NCBI GenBank assembly: GCA_050331735.1
Contig: JBHJGN010000007.1
Location: forward strand, 1-64,000
Direction: 5' to 3'
Length of the DNA stretch: 64,000 bases
Source of the DNA: Cyanophyceae cyanobacterium
Lineage (GTDB): Bacteria > Cyanobacteriota > Cyanobacteriia > Cyanobacteriales > JBHJGN01
This document shows positions 18,553-28,296 of this stretch, piece by piece. A program made the translations under genes and the position numbers. Numbering within the stretch: the stretch's first letter is position 1; each line of letters begins with the position of its first letter. Below the pieces are notes generated by a model that had not been told where the DNA came from, did no database searches, and worked only from the letters and a program-made list of their open reading frames with translations.

Positions 18553-18749
18553 CGGTTAAAAATTAAACTTTTTGAGTGGAGTTAGGGGGAAGATGTCCCT
18601 CCGGGACGGGGAAAGGGCAAAAGGGAAGGGGGAAAGGAACAATATTATCTCCACCAAAACACTTTTCTAGTGCTTGTGTACTTAAGATAACGACAATATA
18701 GATGCAAAAACCACCACAATAGATAAGTAAAGTCAATCAAAAAATCTTC

Positions 18750-20135
18750 ATGACTACAGCCGCCGTTAATCCTCTATTAGAGGAAAACTTTGCTCCAATT
18801 CGTCAAGAAACAACCGCCGCTCAGCTTCAGGTAATCGGAGAACTCCCCAGCGATCTTCGCGGAATGTTTGTCCGCAACGGTCCCAATCCGCAATTTCCCC
18901 CGATTGGGCAATATCACTGGTTTGATGGAGACGGAATGCTGCATGGCGTGAGCATCCAGGATGGAGCGAGCTACAGCAATCGCTATATCCGTACACGAGG
19001 ATTTCAGATTGAACAGCAGGAGGGCAAAGCCATTTGGACAGGGCTGATGGAACCGCCGCAGATGGATAATCCATACGGTCCCGGGAAAAATACCGCCAAT
19101 ACTGCGCTTGTTTGGCATGCTGGCAAGTTTTTAGCGCTTTGGGAAGGCGGTGCACCTCACCAGATTAGTCTACCTCAGCTCGTCACTGTTGGTCCCGAAA
19201 ACTACCAAGGCAAGCTCCAGTCTGCGTTTACAGCTCATCCAAAAGTAGACTCAGTAACGGGCGAAATGATGTTTTTTGGCTACTCCATCAGTGAACCGCC
19301 CTACCTCCAGTACAGCGTTGTTTCGGCTCAGGGGGAACTTCAAAAAACTGTTCCTATTGACCTGCCAGTAGGAGTAGTGATGCACGATTTTGCCATCACT
19401 GAGAACTACACAATTTTTATGGATCTGCCTCTAACGTTTCGACCAGAACGAATGCAGAGAGGCGAACCTCCCTTAATGTTTGAGCGAGAGCGTCCCAGTC
19501 GTTTTGGTATTGTGCCTCGTCACGGAGACAACAGCAGCGTCCGCTGGTTTGAAGCTCCCGCCTGTTACGTTTTTCATACCCTTAATGCTTACGAGGAGGG
19601 AGATGAAGTGGTGCTAATTGCCTGCCGCATGAGTTCGACAGGAGTGTTTAGCGGTCAATCAGATCCAGAGGGAGATACGCCACGCCTGTATCAGTGGCGA
19701 TTCAATTTGGAAACAGGTCAAGTTCGAGAGGCGATGCTTGACGATACTCCGGCTGAATTTCCGCAGCTTCATCAAGGAAAGCTGGGCAGAAAAAACCGCT
19801 ATGGCTACGCGGCAAAGGCTTCTGCCGATCCGCTACCTCGTTTTGAAGGCATTATTAAATACGATTTTGACGGCGGTACGCAAACTCATTATTATGGTCA
19901 GGGACGCTATGGTGGGGAAGCTGTGTTTGTTCCTCGTCCCCACGCTACGACAGAAGATGACGGCTGGCTTGTTGGTTTTGTCCACGACGAGAATACCGAT
20001 ACTTCAGAACTGCTCGTTATCAATGCCCAAGATATGCAGGCTGAACCTGTCGCGCGGGTTGTTATGCCGCAGCGCGTCCCCTATGGGTTTCATGGAATTT
20101 GGGTATCGGAAGAACAGTTGCTGAAAACGGCATGA
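18750..20135 (+). CDS. Carotenoid cleavage oxygenase (RPE65/CCD) family dioxygenase
   Basis: RNGPNP, HWFDGDGM, FTAHPK, MHDF, FHTLN, EDDGW, PYGFHG (four iron-ligand His). Confidence 0.93.
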   Translation: MTTAAVNPLLEENFAPIRQETTAAQLQVIGELPSDLRGMFVRNGPNPQFPPIGQYHWFDGDGMLHGVSIQDGASYSNRYIRTRGFQIEQQEGKAIWTGLMEPPQMDNPYGPGKNTANTALVWHAGKFLALWEGGAPHQISLPQLVTVGPENYQGKLQSAFTAHPKVDSVTGEMMFFGYSISEPPYLQYSVVSAQGELQKTVPIDLPVGVVMHDFAITENYTIFMDLPLTFRPERMQRGEPPLMFERERPSRFGIVPRHGDNSSVRWFEAPACYVFHTLNAYEEGDEVVLIACRMSSTGVFSGQSDPEGDTPRLYQWRFNLETGQVREAMLDDTPAEFPQLHQGKLGRKNRYGYAAKASADPLPRFEGIIKYDFDGGTQTHYYGQGRYGGEAVFVPRPHATTEDDGWLVGFVHDENTDTSELLVINAQDMQAEPVARVVMPQRVPYGFHGIWVSEEQLLKTA

Positions 20136-20142
20136 TAGGAGG

Positions 20143-20181
20143 AGGCGATCGCTCTTTTGAACTGAAGGGGCGATCGCTTTT
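20143..20181 (+). terminator. Putative intrinsic terminator built from two HIP1 sites
   Basis: GCGATCGCTCTTTT...GAAGGGGCGATCGC stem followed by TTTT, directly after the oxygenase stop. Confidence 0.5.
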
Positions 20182-20278
20182 CAAGCAGTGATGCTCCATC
20201 AACAGTATTTCTACAAAGGATGTCAGTTGCCGGATATGATAGTTATTCGGCAGTGAATATTTACCTAATTTAGAACTC

Positions 20279-21361
20279 ATGAATCAGTACCGCATTACCC
20301 TTCTTCCTGGCGACGGCATTGGACCGGAAATTATGGCAGTGACGAGGGAGGTACTGAAGGCCATTGGCACACAGTTTGAGATTCAGTTTGAGTGTCAAGA
20401 AGCCCTCATTGGGGGGGCAGCCATTGATGAAACTGGAGAACCGCTGCCGGAGGAAACTTTAAACCTGTGCCGCCAGAGCGATGCCGTGCTCCTGGCGGCC
20501 ATTGGCGGCTATAAGTGGGACACCCTGCCCCGCCACCAGCGCCCAGAGACCGGACTTTTGGGGTTAAGAGCCGGATTAAACCTGTTTGCGAATTTACGAC
20601 CCGCTACCATCCTCCCGCAGCTTATAGATGCCTCATCTTTAAAGCGAGAGGTAGTAGAAGGAGTCGATATTATGGTGGTGCGAGAGCTAACGGGCGGCGT
20701 TTATTTTGGGCAGCCGAAAGGAATTTTTGCCACCGAGACGGGGGAAAAGCGGGGGGTCAATACAATGGCGTATACCGAGTCAGAAATCGACCGCATTGCC
20801 AAAGTGGGGTTTGAAACGGCTCGAAAGCGTCGCGGCCAGCTCTGCTCAGTAGACAAGGCCAACGTGCTCGATGTCTCGCAACTATGGCGTGATCGCCTCA
20901 GTTACCTGGCCACCGATTATCCCGATGTAGAACTGTCTCACCTGTACGTCGATAACGCCGCCATGCAGCTTGTGCGCGCCCCAAAGCAGTTTGACACCAT
21001 TGTGACGGGCAATCTGTTTGGCGATATTCTTTCCGATGCCGCCGCTATGCTCACTGGCAGCATTGGCATGTTGCCGTCAGCTAGTTTAGGAGCCGAGGAG
21101 CCTGGCGTTTTTGAACCCGTGCACGGTTCTGCCCCTGATATTGCTGGTCAGGATCTTGCTAATCCCCTTGCGCAGGTTTTCAGTGCCGCGATGATGCTGC
21201 GCTACGGCTTAAACCAGCCCCAGGCAGCGGAGAAGCTTGAGCAAGCCGTATATCAGCTTCTCGACGATGGCATCCGGACCGGAGATATTATGTCGCCAGG
21301 AATGAAGCAAGTGGGCTGCCGGGAAATGGGAGAGGCGTTGCTTAAAGTATTGGATTCTTAA
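20279..21361 (+). CDS. leuB: 3-isopropylmalate dehydrogenase
   Basis: [47 protein letters not shown]. Confidence 0.98.
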   Translation: MNQYRITLLPGDGIGPEIMAVTREVLKAIGTQFEIQFECQEALIGGAAIDETGEPLPEETLNLCRQSDAVLLAAIGGYKWDTLPRHQRPETGLLGLRAGLNLFANLRPATILPQLIDASSLKREVVEGVDIMVVRELTGGVYFGQPKGIFATETGEKRGVNTMAYTESEIDRIAKVGFETARKRRGQLCSVDKANVLDVSQLWRDRLSYLATDYPDVELSHLYVDNAAMQLVRAPKQFDTIVTGNLFGDILSDAAAMLTGSIGMLPSASLGAEEPGVFEPVHGSAPDIAGQDLANPLAQVFSAAMMLRYGLNQPQAAEKLEQAVYQLLDDGIRTGDIMSPGMKQVGCREMGEALLKVLDS

Positions 21362-21443
21362 CAATCAACATTGTTGACGCTTTTTCTTGCCACAATTGTT
21401 TGATATGGAATAAAGTCGAGCTAGAGAATTTGGGCATAGACCA

Positions 21444-21689
21444 GTGTACGTATCAGAATCGCCAGACCAAACCAAACCTTCAGCCTCCCTCGATCCAGAG
21501 ATTCTAAGTGCTGCTCAGCGCATCTACCGAACCTTCTGTGAGATTCATACCAAGGGCGATAAGCAGCCGCTAGGTGTAGCCATTAACCCAAAAACCTGTC
21601 GCGGTCAGGTCATTTGCAACAAAAGGTTAAAGCCGATCCTGCTGTTTGGTGAATATTTCGTTGAATCAGATGCCCTAAAAACAAGTTAA
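21444..21689 (+). CDS. Small hypothetical protein
   Basis: 81-aa GTG-start ORF between leuB and pilD; PLGVAI and PILLFGEYFV resemble a conserved cyanobacterial small protein. Confidence 0.65.
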   Translation: MYVSESPDQTKPSASLDPEILSAAQRIYRTFCEIHTKGDKQPLGVAINPKTCRGQVICNKRLKPILLFGEYFVESDALKTS

Positions 21690-21755
21690 GCAACCCCAGC
21701 GTTGTTTTAGCCTTGAGTTGGGCATACTTAACTCAACGCTCGAAAACTTCGCTTT

Positions 21756-22574
21756 ATGGAAACGCTAGCTGTAGCGATCGCTTCCCTGTTTGTCTTTGTG
21801 TTGGGAGCTTCCATCGGCAGTTTCATCAACGTGGTTGCCCACCGCCTGCCTGCTGGAATCTCGCTCATCTTCCCTCCTAGTCGCTGTCCCCACTGTTGCC
21901 ATCGGCTAGGAGCGAGAGAAAATCTTCCTGTCGTTAGTTGGCTGTGGTTGAGGGGGCGCTGTCGCTGGTGTCAAGCCTCGATTTCGATTCGCTATCCGCT
22001 TGTCGAAGCCGCCGCAGGATGCCTGTTTTTTTTAGTCTTCTGGCAGTTTGGCATCAGTCCTCATACTCTCGGATACTGGATACTGCTAAGCTGGCTGCTG
22101 GCGCTGTCTTTAATTGATTTAGAGACAATGACGTTGCCTAACGTCCTCACCCGTTCCTGCTTGCTCGCTGGGCTGGGGTTTCAAGCTGCGTTGGGCTGGT
22201 ACGCCAACACCGGAGCTGGCCTTGCCAGCCACCTGATGACGGGGATCGCTAGCGCTGTTGTCGGCATCTGGCTGTTTGATACCGTTGCAATCGCTGGCAC
22301 TCTGGCGTTGGGACAAACGGCGATGGGAGGCGGAGATCCTAAATTGGCGGCGGCGATTGGAGCTTGGGTGGGCTGGCAGTACTTACTCTTGACCAGTTTC
22401 CTGGCCTGTGCCTTTGGCGCTGTGGTCGGCGGAGCTGCCCTTTATCTAGGCTGGCTCGACCGCAAACAGCCTCTCCCGTTTGGTCCTTTTTTAGCAGGAG
22501 GTGCCGCCAGCGCGGTATTGTGGGGAGAGGCTATCCTCTCAACTTACTTAGCCGTCTTTTTTCCCTTCAGATAA
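21756..22574 (+). CDS. pilD: Prepilin peptidase/N-methyltransferase
   Basis: GSFINVV, SRCPHC, GRCRWC, LIDLET, MGGGDPKL, PFGPFL. Confidence 0.95.
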   Translation: METLAVAIASLFVFVLGASIGSFINVVAHRLPAGISLIFPPSRCPHCCHRLGARENLPVVSWLWLRGRCRWCQASISIRYPLVEAAAGCLFFLVFWQFGISPHTLGYWILLSWLLALSLIDLETMTLPNVLTRSCLLAGLGFQAALGWYANTGAGLASHLMTGIASAVVGIWLFDTVAIAGTLALGQTAMGGGDPKLAAAIGAWVGWQYLLLTSFLACAFGAVVGGAALYLGWLDRKQPLPFGPFLAGGAASAVLWGEAILSTYLAVFFPFR

Positions 22575-22613
22575 TTGGGCAGAATAGAAAAGACGGCTCT
22601 TGGTAGAATAAAT

Positions 22614-22829
22614 GTGTCTTGGATTACACTTAAAACCACTAAAGCTCGCTGGGAAGCAGAGTTAATGCAGCAACTGCTGGCAGGTCATGGTATTCCGAGT
22701 CGAGTGATTGATATTGGTATTGGCTTCTATTTTGGTCAGGGCAGCCAGGCCGCTTTACAAGTGCGATCGCAGGATCGGTGGACAGCTTTGTTACTGCTGA
22801 GTCCTCCAGAAGATGAAGAACAAGAATGA
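22614..22829 (+). CDS. Small conserved protein (DUF2007-like)
   Basis: SWITLKTT..RWEAELMQQLL..HGIPSRV; GTG start at 22614; located between pilD and accD. Confidence 0.75.
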   Translation: MSWITLKTTKARWEAELMQQLLAGHGIPSRVIDIGIGFYFGQGSQAALQVRSQDRWTALLLLSPPEDEEQE

Positions 22830-22871
22830 CACAGCCCTTAACGATCTAATCCCAAGTAACCAGTGCTAGCT

Positions 22872-23786
22872 ATGTCTCTTTTTGATTGGTTTGCTAACAG
22901 ACAAAAATCAGAGCCTCACGTTCAGCAAAAGCCAGAACGGGAAATTGCTGATGGCCTGTGGAAAAAGTGCGCTGAATGCGGTGTCCTGGCCTATACCAAG
23001 GATCTTCTGCTCAACCAGTTGGTTTGTTCTGAATGCGGTCATCACATGCGTGTTGATAGCAACGAACGCATTCGTCAGCTCACTGATAAAAAGACCTGGA
23101 ATCCTCTCAACGACCATTTGCACCCGGTGGACCCGCTCAGCTTTCGCGATCGCAAACCCTACAGTGATCGCCTTCAGGACTCCCAAGAAAAAACGGGTCT
23201 AGCCGAAGCCGTGCAAACCGGAACAGGTCTCCTCGACGGGATTCCAATCGCGCTCGGAGTGATGGATTTTCGCTTTATGGGAGGCAGCATGGGGTCGGTT
23301 GTTGGTGAGAAAATCTGTCGCTTGATAGAAGCCGCGACTCAGAAACGTCTGCCAGTGATTATTGTTTGTGCTTCCGGTGGAGCCAGAATGCAGGAAGGGA
23401 TGTTGAGCCTGATGCAGATGGCGAAAATTTCTGGAGCGTTAGCCTGTCATCGAAGTGCGCAACTCCTCTACATTCCTATTCTTACTCACCCCACGACAGG
23501 AGGAGTAACGGCCAGTTTTGCGATGTTAGGAGATATGATTCTGGCAGAACCAAAAGCGACCATTGGTTTTGCCGGACGGCGAGTGATTGAGCAAACTCTT
23601 CGAGAAAAGCTTCCTGAAGACTTTCAAACGTCGGAGTATCTGTTGCAGCATGGCTTTGTCGATGCCATTGTGCCTCGAACTCAGTTGAAGAAAACCCTCT
23701 CGCAACTGCTCCGACTTCATCAACCTTTCTTGTCCGTTCTGCCCGCTACGACACAGCATCAGGATTTTTCTCTCGACTATCAATAA
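22872..23786 (+). CDS. accD: Acetyl-CoA carboxylase carboxyltransferase beta subunit
   Basis: Zn ribbon [42 protein letters not shown]. Confidence 0.98.
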   Translation: MSLFDWFANRQKSEPHVQQKPEREIADGLWKKCAECGVLAYTKDLLLNQLVCSECGHHMRVDSNERIRQLTDKKTWNPLNDHLHPVDPLSFRDRKPYSDRLQDSQEKTGLAEAVQTGTGLLDGIPIALGVMDFRFMGGSMGSVVGEKICRLIEAATQKRLPVIIVCASGGARMQEGMLSLMQMAKISGALACHRSAQLLYIPILTHPTTGGVTASFAMLGDMILAEPKATIGFAGRRVIEQTLREKLPEDFQTSEYLLQHGFVDAIVPRTQLKKTLSQLLRLHQPFLSVLPATTQHQDFSLDYQ

Positions 23787-23933
23787 GCTCCCTGACTAAT
23801 GGCAGCAGCGCTCTCCGAGACCGGATCGAAAGACTTGTTGACTCAAATACCACCGACAGAGGCAATGATCAAGAGACTTTGAGGATGATAAACGCCGTCA
23901 CAATCAATGCACACTCTTTTCTCAGCCAAGCGT

Positions 23934-24377
23934 ATGAGCAGTCCAACTGATTTACTGTATGACAAAGACTTTTTTCGGTGGACAGAAGAAACAGCGAAGC
24001 TGCTGCGAGAAGGACGCTTTGAAGAAATTGAACTAGAGCCGCTCATTGATGAGGTTGAGAGCTTGGGAAAATCGGACAAGAAGCAGCTTAAGAAGCGGCT
24101 CAGAATCCTGATCGCTCATCTGCTCTGCCTGCATTACTGGATACCGGAATACGAGAGAGCGCAAAATCAGAGAGGGTGGCTGCTTACAGTCAAAGAACAA
24201 AAACGCAGTATTGACGATCTCCTGAAAGAAAGCCCCAGTTTGAAGCCCTACTATTCATCTGTTCTAAACGAGTGCTACCAGGATGCCAGAGATGATTTTC
24301 TGCTGAAGTCAGGCCGAGAATACGATTTAGAAGAAATCGTCCCTCAAAGGAATCCTTTCCCAGAACTAATAATCTGA
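23934..24377 (+). CDS. DUF29 family protein
   Basis: LYDKDFFRW, LIDEVESLGKSDK, LIAHLL, SPSLKPY. Confidence 0.9.
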   Translation: MSSPTDLLYDKDFFRWTEETAKLLREGRFEEIELEPLIDEVESLGKSDKKQLKKRLRILIAHLLCLHYWIPEYERAQNQRGWLLTVKEQKRSIDDLLKESPSLKPYYSSVLNECYQDARDDFLLKSGREYDLEEIVPQRNPFPELII

Positions 24378-24523
24378 AAAGCGCTTTCCTAGAGGCGATC
24401 GCTTTTTGTCTATCCTCGCTTTGACTCATAGCTACTGCCTAGAGAGGCTGAAACCATGTCTAGTATTTTTGAGAGTCTATGCTCTTAAATAAGCTGCTAG
24501 AAGCAACGATCAGTCAATAACAA

Positions 24524-24597
24524 CGGGACTGACGGGACTCGAACCCGCGACCTCCTGCGTGACAGGCAGGCATTCTAACCAACTGAACTACAGTCCC
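24524..24597 (-). tRNA. trnD: tRNA-Asp (GUC)
   Basis: Reverse complement GGGACTGTAGTTCAGTTGGTTAGAATGCCTGCCTGTCACGCAGGAGGTCGCGGGTTCGAGTCCCGTCAGTCCCG folds as a cloverleaf with anticodon GTC; CCA not encoded. Confidence 0.97.
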
Positions 24598-24687
24598 ACT
24601 TTTTAGACGCGGAGTCTATACTAGCAATGATAAATATAGTTTGTCAATTTGTCGGGCGAGAAACCAACGCTTAGAAATCAGGGACTG

Positions 24688-24918
24688 CTACCGCTCTACT
24701 TCTACCCGAACCAATCGTAACGGTGACTTGAGCTTGAGCAGCACAATGAGGCTCAGGAGATGAATTGACCAGTGAGCAATGATCAGTCCCCAAATTAAAC
24801 ACACAATGGCCGTTCCCGCAGCCAGCACTTTGAAAATATCGAGAGCAGTACGCTGATACAGAAGAATACTCCCTGCTGCGGTTAAAAAGAGGAGGATGGG
24901 AAAAATAGGGAGCGCCAT
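24688..24918 (-). CDS. Small membrane protein
   Basis: 76-aa ORF with 2-3 hydrophobic segments and an AGGT RBS-like motif upstream. Confidence 0.7.
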   Translation of the reverse strand: MALPIFPILLFLTAAGSILLYQRTALDIFKVLAAGTAIVCLIWGLIIAHWSIHLLSLIVLLKLKSPLRLVRVEVER

Positions 24919-25131
24919 GCAGTTATACCTGTGAGTTGGTTCGCTGTTGCCAGTTTGACGACAAACTTTACAGTTTCTTTAAACTGTATTCCTTTAACCT
25001 TAACATTGGCTTCAAACAAAAACCCGAGAATCGCTAGTTTTCTTTCATAAAGTTAGGAAAGTTTGCACAACTTTAATTTGAATGCCGAGTCCACTCGCTG
25101 GCTCGGAGAGCTATTGCTCCCCCAGCGGTTC

Positions 25132-26619
25132 CTATTCCGGTTGGGAGTCAACGCTTGCTGGCAGCGACGATGCCAAAAAGTTGACCAGCCAATCTTTCAA
25201 ATGATAGGTGGCGCGGCAGTCATCTTCGTTGTAGCGGAGAATCGCTTCTAGCAAAGCATAATCCCCCTCCTGTAACCACCGATCGTACCAGCAAACCGAT
25301 TGCTCCCCACTAGCATTGACATCGCGCCACTGAAAGCCCAGCCAATTTGCTAAAGATTTTAAAGAATAACTTTCTACGGGCAGAACGACCGAATTGACAA
25401 CGCAGCTATGGAGATCGACAAATCGAGAGATCACTTGTTCAACCGATTTTCGGGGAGTGTTATACAAATTTGCTAACCTTCGCAGAGCTTCTACTTCATA
25501 TTCAGAATAGTGAAAGATTGGAGCACTTTTGTAGGCTGAAACAAACTCTAAAAATTGCTGCCAGTTAGTCTTTTCCTCTTCCGGAGTTGTGGCCAAAAAG
25601 GGATAGAATTGCTGAGTATTCGCTTGCCGATCGACCAGCAAAACTCCCAACAAATAATCGAGCTTGCGTTCCGGTTCGGCTTCGATATCGAAGTATAGTT
25701 CTATCGAGGCGGTGGGAATGGATTGATGCCGTCGATGCGGTTTACGAATTGCTTGCTCTGTCACAATTGATTCAGCTTGTTGCTTCAACTCCGAAGCGAC
25801 CTGAAATCCTAAAACCTCACCAACGTAAATAGAACAAGCATTAGCGAGAGAGTCTAGGGTGTGTACTCCCAAAGACTGCAAGTGCTGATAGCGAGCGGGA
25901 GTGACTCCGGGAACGAGAGACAAATGCTGCTCGGTAGAGGCGATCGCATAGCACTGACTGTACCAATGGCACAGGCTGCATCGTTGCCGGGAAATGAACA
26001 CATCCGGTTCTTGAAACTCCTGTAAAGATTGCAGACACTGAGCGAGGACTTCCTGCATGCGCGGTCCCCAAGTGCCTAAATTCACAGCATAATCATTGAG
26101 CTGCCGCAGAATAATCTTGGCGGTGGCGGGTAAAACACCCTGCACAGCGGCGAGGAGCTGAGCATGAAAAGCCGCAATCATCTTATATTCTGGTTTAGGA
26201 CGACGACCAAGGCGAATACTGATGGGGAGGTATTGCCAATCGCCAAATTTGGAGCGACCTGGCTGCTTGATCAGAAGATCGGGAGTTCCGGCCAAGGCTA
26301 CGTCAGCCCGGGAAGCTAGCTGAAATGGCGGCTGAGTTGAGCTAGGCTGGAGCAGCACCCCGCGATAAATACACTCTACTCCCTGCTGCATCAGAGCTTC
26401 CGTTTCTTGGAAGCGGGCTTGCCAATCTCGATGAGCCTGTAGCGGTTGATAGTGGGGATAAAAAGTGTCTAGAACCTTTTGGCTGTGGCGACGGCTTTCC
26501 TGGCGAAGCTTGGCCACAAAATCTCGTTGCGGATCTCGCTGGTGGTGGCCGTGAACATCTAAATAGGCGCGACGTTGGCAGCGTTTGTGGTTCAGCAGCA
26601 GCTCATCGGTCAGCAGCAT
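25132..26619 (-). CDS. TM0106 family RecB-like putative nuclease (C-terminal RNase H-like domain)
   Basis: CQRRAYLD, PDLL, CSLCHWYSQC, YFDIE, IFHYSEYE, YSLKSLA, YNEDDC. Confidence 0.9.
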   Translation of the reverse strand: MLLTDELLLNHKRCQRRAYLDVHGHHQRDPQRDFVAKLRQESRRHSQKVLDTFYPHYQPLQAHRDWQARFQETEALMQQGVECIYRGVLLQPSSTQPPFQLASRADVALAGTPDLLIKQPGRSKFGDWQYLPISIRLGRRPKPEYKMIAAFHAQLLAAVQGVLPATAKIILRQLNDYAVNLGTWGPRMQEVLAQCLQSLQEFQEPDVFISRQRCSLCHWYSQCYAIASTEQHLSLVPGVTPARYQHLQSLGVHTLDSLANACSIYVGEVLGFQVASELKQQAESIVTEQAIRKPHRRHQSIPTASIELYFDIEAEPERKLDYLLGVLLVDRQANTQQFYPFLATTPEEEKTNWQQFLEFVSAYKSAPIFHYSEYEVEALRRLANLYNTPRKSVEQVISRFVDLHSCVVNSVVLPVESYSLKSLANWLGFQWRDVNASGEQSVCWYDRWLQEGDYALLEAILRYNEDDCRATYHLKDWLVNFLASSLPASVDSQPE

Positions 26620-26712
26620 TACTCATTAACGTTAAACTTTCTTAAGACTAAGGTAACAAGATTCATCAACAATTCCTTGGCAGCGACAAACTAGCGACGG
26701 TAGAGAGCAAAT

Positions 26713-27894
26713 ATGTCAACAATCTTAGCAACTCCCGAAGTTCATGCCCACAGGCAACAATTTCCCGCTCTAGCGAATAAAGTGTACTTCAATTTTGGCG
26801 GACAGGGACCGCTTCCCCGCGAGGCCATGACGGCGATCGCCACGACCTACGAAACCGTTCAGCAACAGGGACCGTTCTCCGGGAAGCTGAATGCCTGGCT
26901 TACTGAGCAGACCGCCGCCACCAGAGCCGCGATCGCCGCTGAATTGGGAGTGGCTACAGAAACAATTACGCTCACCGAAAATGTGACGGCGGGCTGCAAT
27001 ATTGCTCTGTGGGGGATTGACTGGCACCGGGGCGACCGTATCTTGATGACGGATTGCGAGCATCCTGGGGTAATTGCCATTGTTGAGGAAATTGCTCGCC
27101 GCGAGGGCGTAGCAGTCACGACCTGTCCAATAATGGCTACGCTTAATGGGGGCGATCCGGTCGCCGTCATTGAGCAACATCTACAGCCCGCAACGCGGCT
27201 CGTCGTGTTGAGCCATCTGCTATGGAATACTGGTCAGGTGCTGCCACTGGCGGAGATTGTGGAGCGATGTCACAGCGCTCCTGGCGGTCCGGTACCGGTG
27301 CTCGTCGATGCGGCCCAGTCAGTGGGATCTCTGCCACTGAACCTGAGCGAATTAGCCGTCGATTACTATGCCTTCACCGGACATAAATGGCTGTGTGGTC
27401 CAGCAGGCGTTGGCGGTCTTTATGTGCGTCCAGAAGCCGCCTCCCTCAGCCCAACTTTCATCGGCTGGCGCGGGCTAACGCTGAGCAAAACGGGCAAACC
27501 GACCGGCTTTAAATCCAACGGACAGCGGTTTGAAGTCGCGACTTCTGCCTATCCTCTCTATGCCGGATTGCGGAGGGCGATCGCCCTTCATCCCCAGTGG
27601 GGAACGGTTCAGGAACGCTACGAACGAATGTGCCAACTGAGCGAGTATCTCTGGGGCAGCCTCGCTCAGTTGGAGGGAGTGCAATGTTTAAAACATTCTC
27701 CCCCAGAAGCAGGACTGGTCTCTTTCCAACTGAGCGGCCAATCTCATCAACAGGTGGTAGCGTCTTTAGAAGAACAAGGTTTTTTCCTGCGCACCCTTAG
27801 CGATCCTGACTGTATTCGCGCCTGCGTTCACTACTTCACCCTGCCCGCAGAAATTGAGCAGCTTGTAGAGAAGCTGAAGGAGATGATTTCGTGA
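26713..27894 (+). CDS. Class V PLP aminotransferase (L-cysteine/cystine C-S lyase, C-DES-like)
   Basis: YFNFGGQGP, CEHPG, VDAAQS, FTGHKW, FEVATSAY, IRACVHY. Confidence 0.88.
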   Translation: MSTILATPEVHAHRQQFPALANKVYFNFGGQGPLPREAMTAIATTYETVQQQGPFSGKLNAWLTEQTAATRAAIAAELGVATETITLTENVTAGCNIALWGIDWHRGDRILMTDCEHPGVIAIVEEIARREGVAVTTCPIMATLNGGDPVAVIEQHLQPATRLVVLSHLLWNTGQVLPLAEIVERCHSAPGGPVPVLVDAAQSVGSLPLNLSELAVDYYAFTGHKWLCGPAGVGGLYVRPEAASLSPTFIGWRGLTLSKTGKPTGFKSNGQRFEVATSAYPLYAGLRRAIALHPQWGTVQERYERMCQLSEYLWGSLAQLEGVQCLKHSPPEAGLVSFQLSGQSHQQVVASLEEQGFFLRTLSDPDCIRACVHYFTLPAEIEQLVEKLKEMIS

Positions 27895-27914
27895 TGGAAA
27901 AGCAGCCTGCGCTG

Positions 27915-28257
27915 CGGGGGAAAGGGAATGTCCCTGGCGGGACGGGGAAGGGGGAAATAGTTCCTCCGGAACGGGAAAAGGGGAAAGGGAAGTCTGTCGC
28001 GTTTACGAAGTTCTTCTGTAGGAAGCACGGGACGGGTCAAGAACACAGGGCTGAAGAACAAAATTATCCCATTTACCGAAAGTAGTCAGATAGTTCCCAA
28101 ACGAACCAACAATTGGAGGTTCAAGGGCAAAGAGCTGCTGTGCTTCCCTTTCCCCTTGACCCCTTCCCCTTTCCCCCAACTCATCAAGTCTCCTATTACT
28201 TTTTCTAATTAGTATTAGTCATTCCTCCCTTTCCCCCTGTCCCCTTCCCCTTTTCCC
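27915..28257. repeat. Degenerate heptamer (GGGGAAA/CCCTTTC) STRR-like tandem repeats in opposing orientation
   Basis: Purine-rich arrays at 27915-27990 and pyrimidine-rich arrays at 28145-28257; similar arrays near 17678, 18607, 32567 and 38144. Confidence 0.7.
28065..28219 (+). mobile_element. MITE-like 155-bp dispersed repeat, copy 1
   Basis: Near-identical to 61361-61515; imperfect terminal inverted repeats. Confidence 0.75.
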
Positions 28258-28296
28258 ATCGCGGAGCGACCGCGACCTTACCTGCGCCTGCGGCGC

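Noticed and set aside
23787..24597. Integrative element at tRNA-Asp (or tRNA-Leu)
   Set aside because: No duplicated tRNA 3' end and no adjacent integrase were seen; only a DUF29 gene lies next to tRNA-Asp.
26713..27894. Class V aminotransferase as the missing dndA
   Set aside because: It is about 19 kb from dndD, and its motifs fit C-DES-type lyases. The IscS/DndA SxGSAC catalytic loop is absent.
27891..28085. 64-aa ORF after the C-S lyase
   Set aside because: Translation of heptamer repeats and a MITE end (GKGKGK-like low complexity).
27900..28260. CRISPR array in the repeat-rich intergenic regions
   Set aside because: The repeats are degenerate 7-mers without constant 25-40 bp repeats and unique spacers; no cas genes are in the window.
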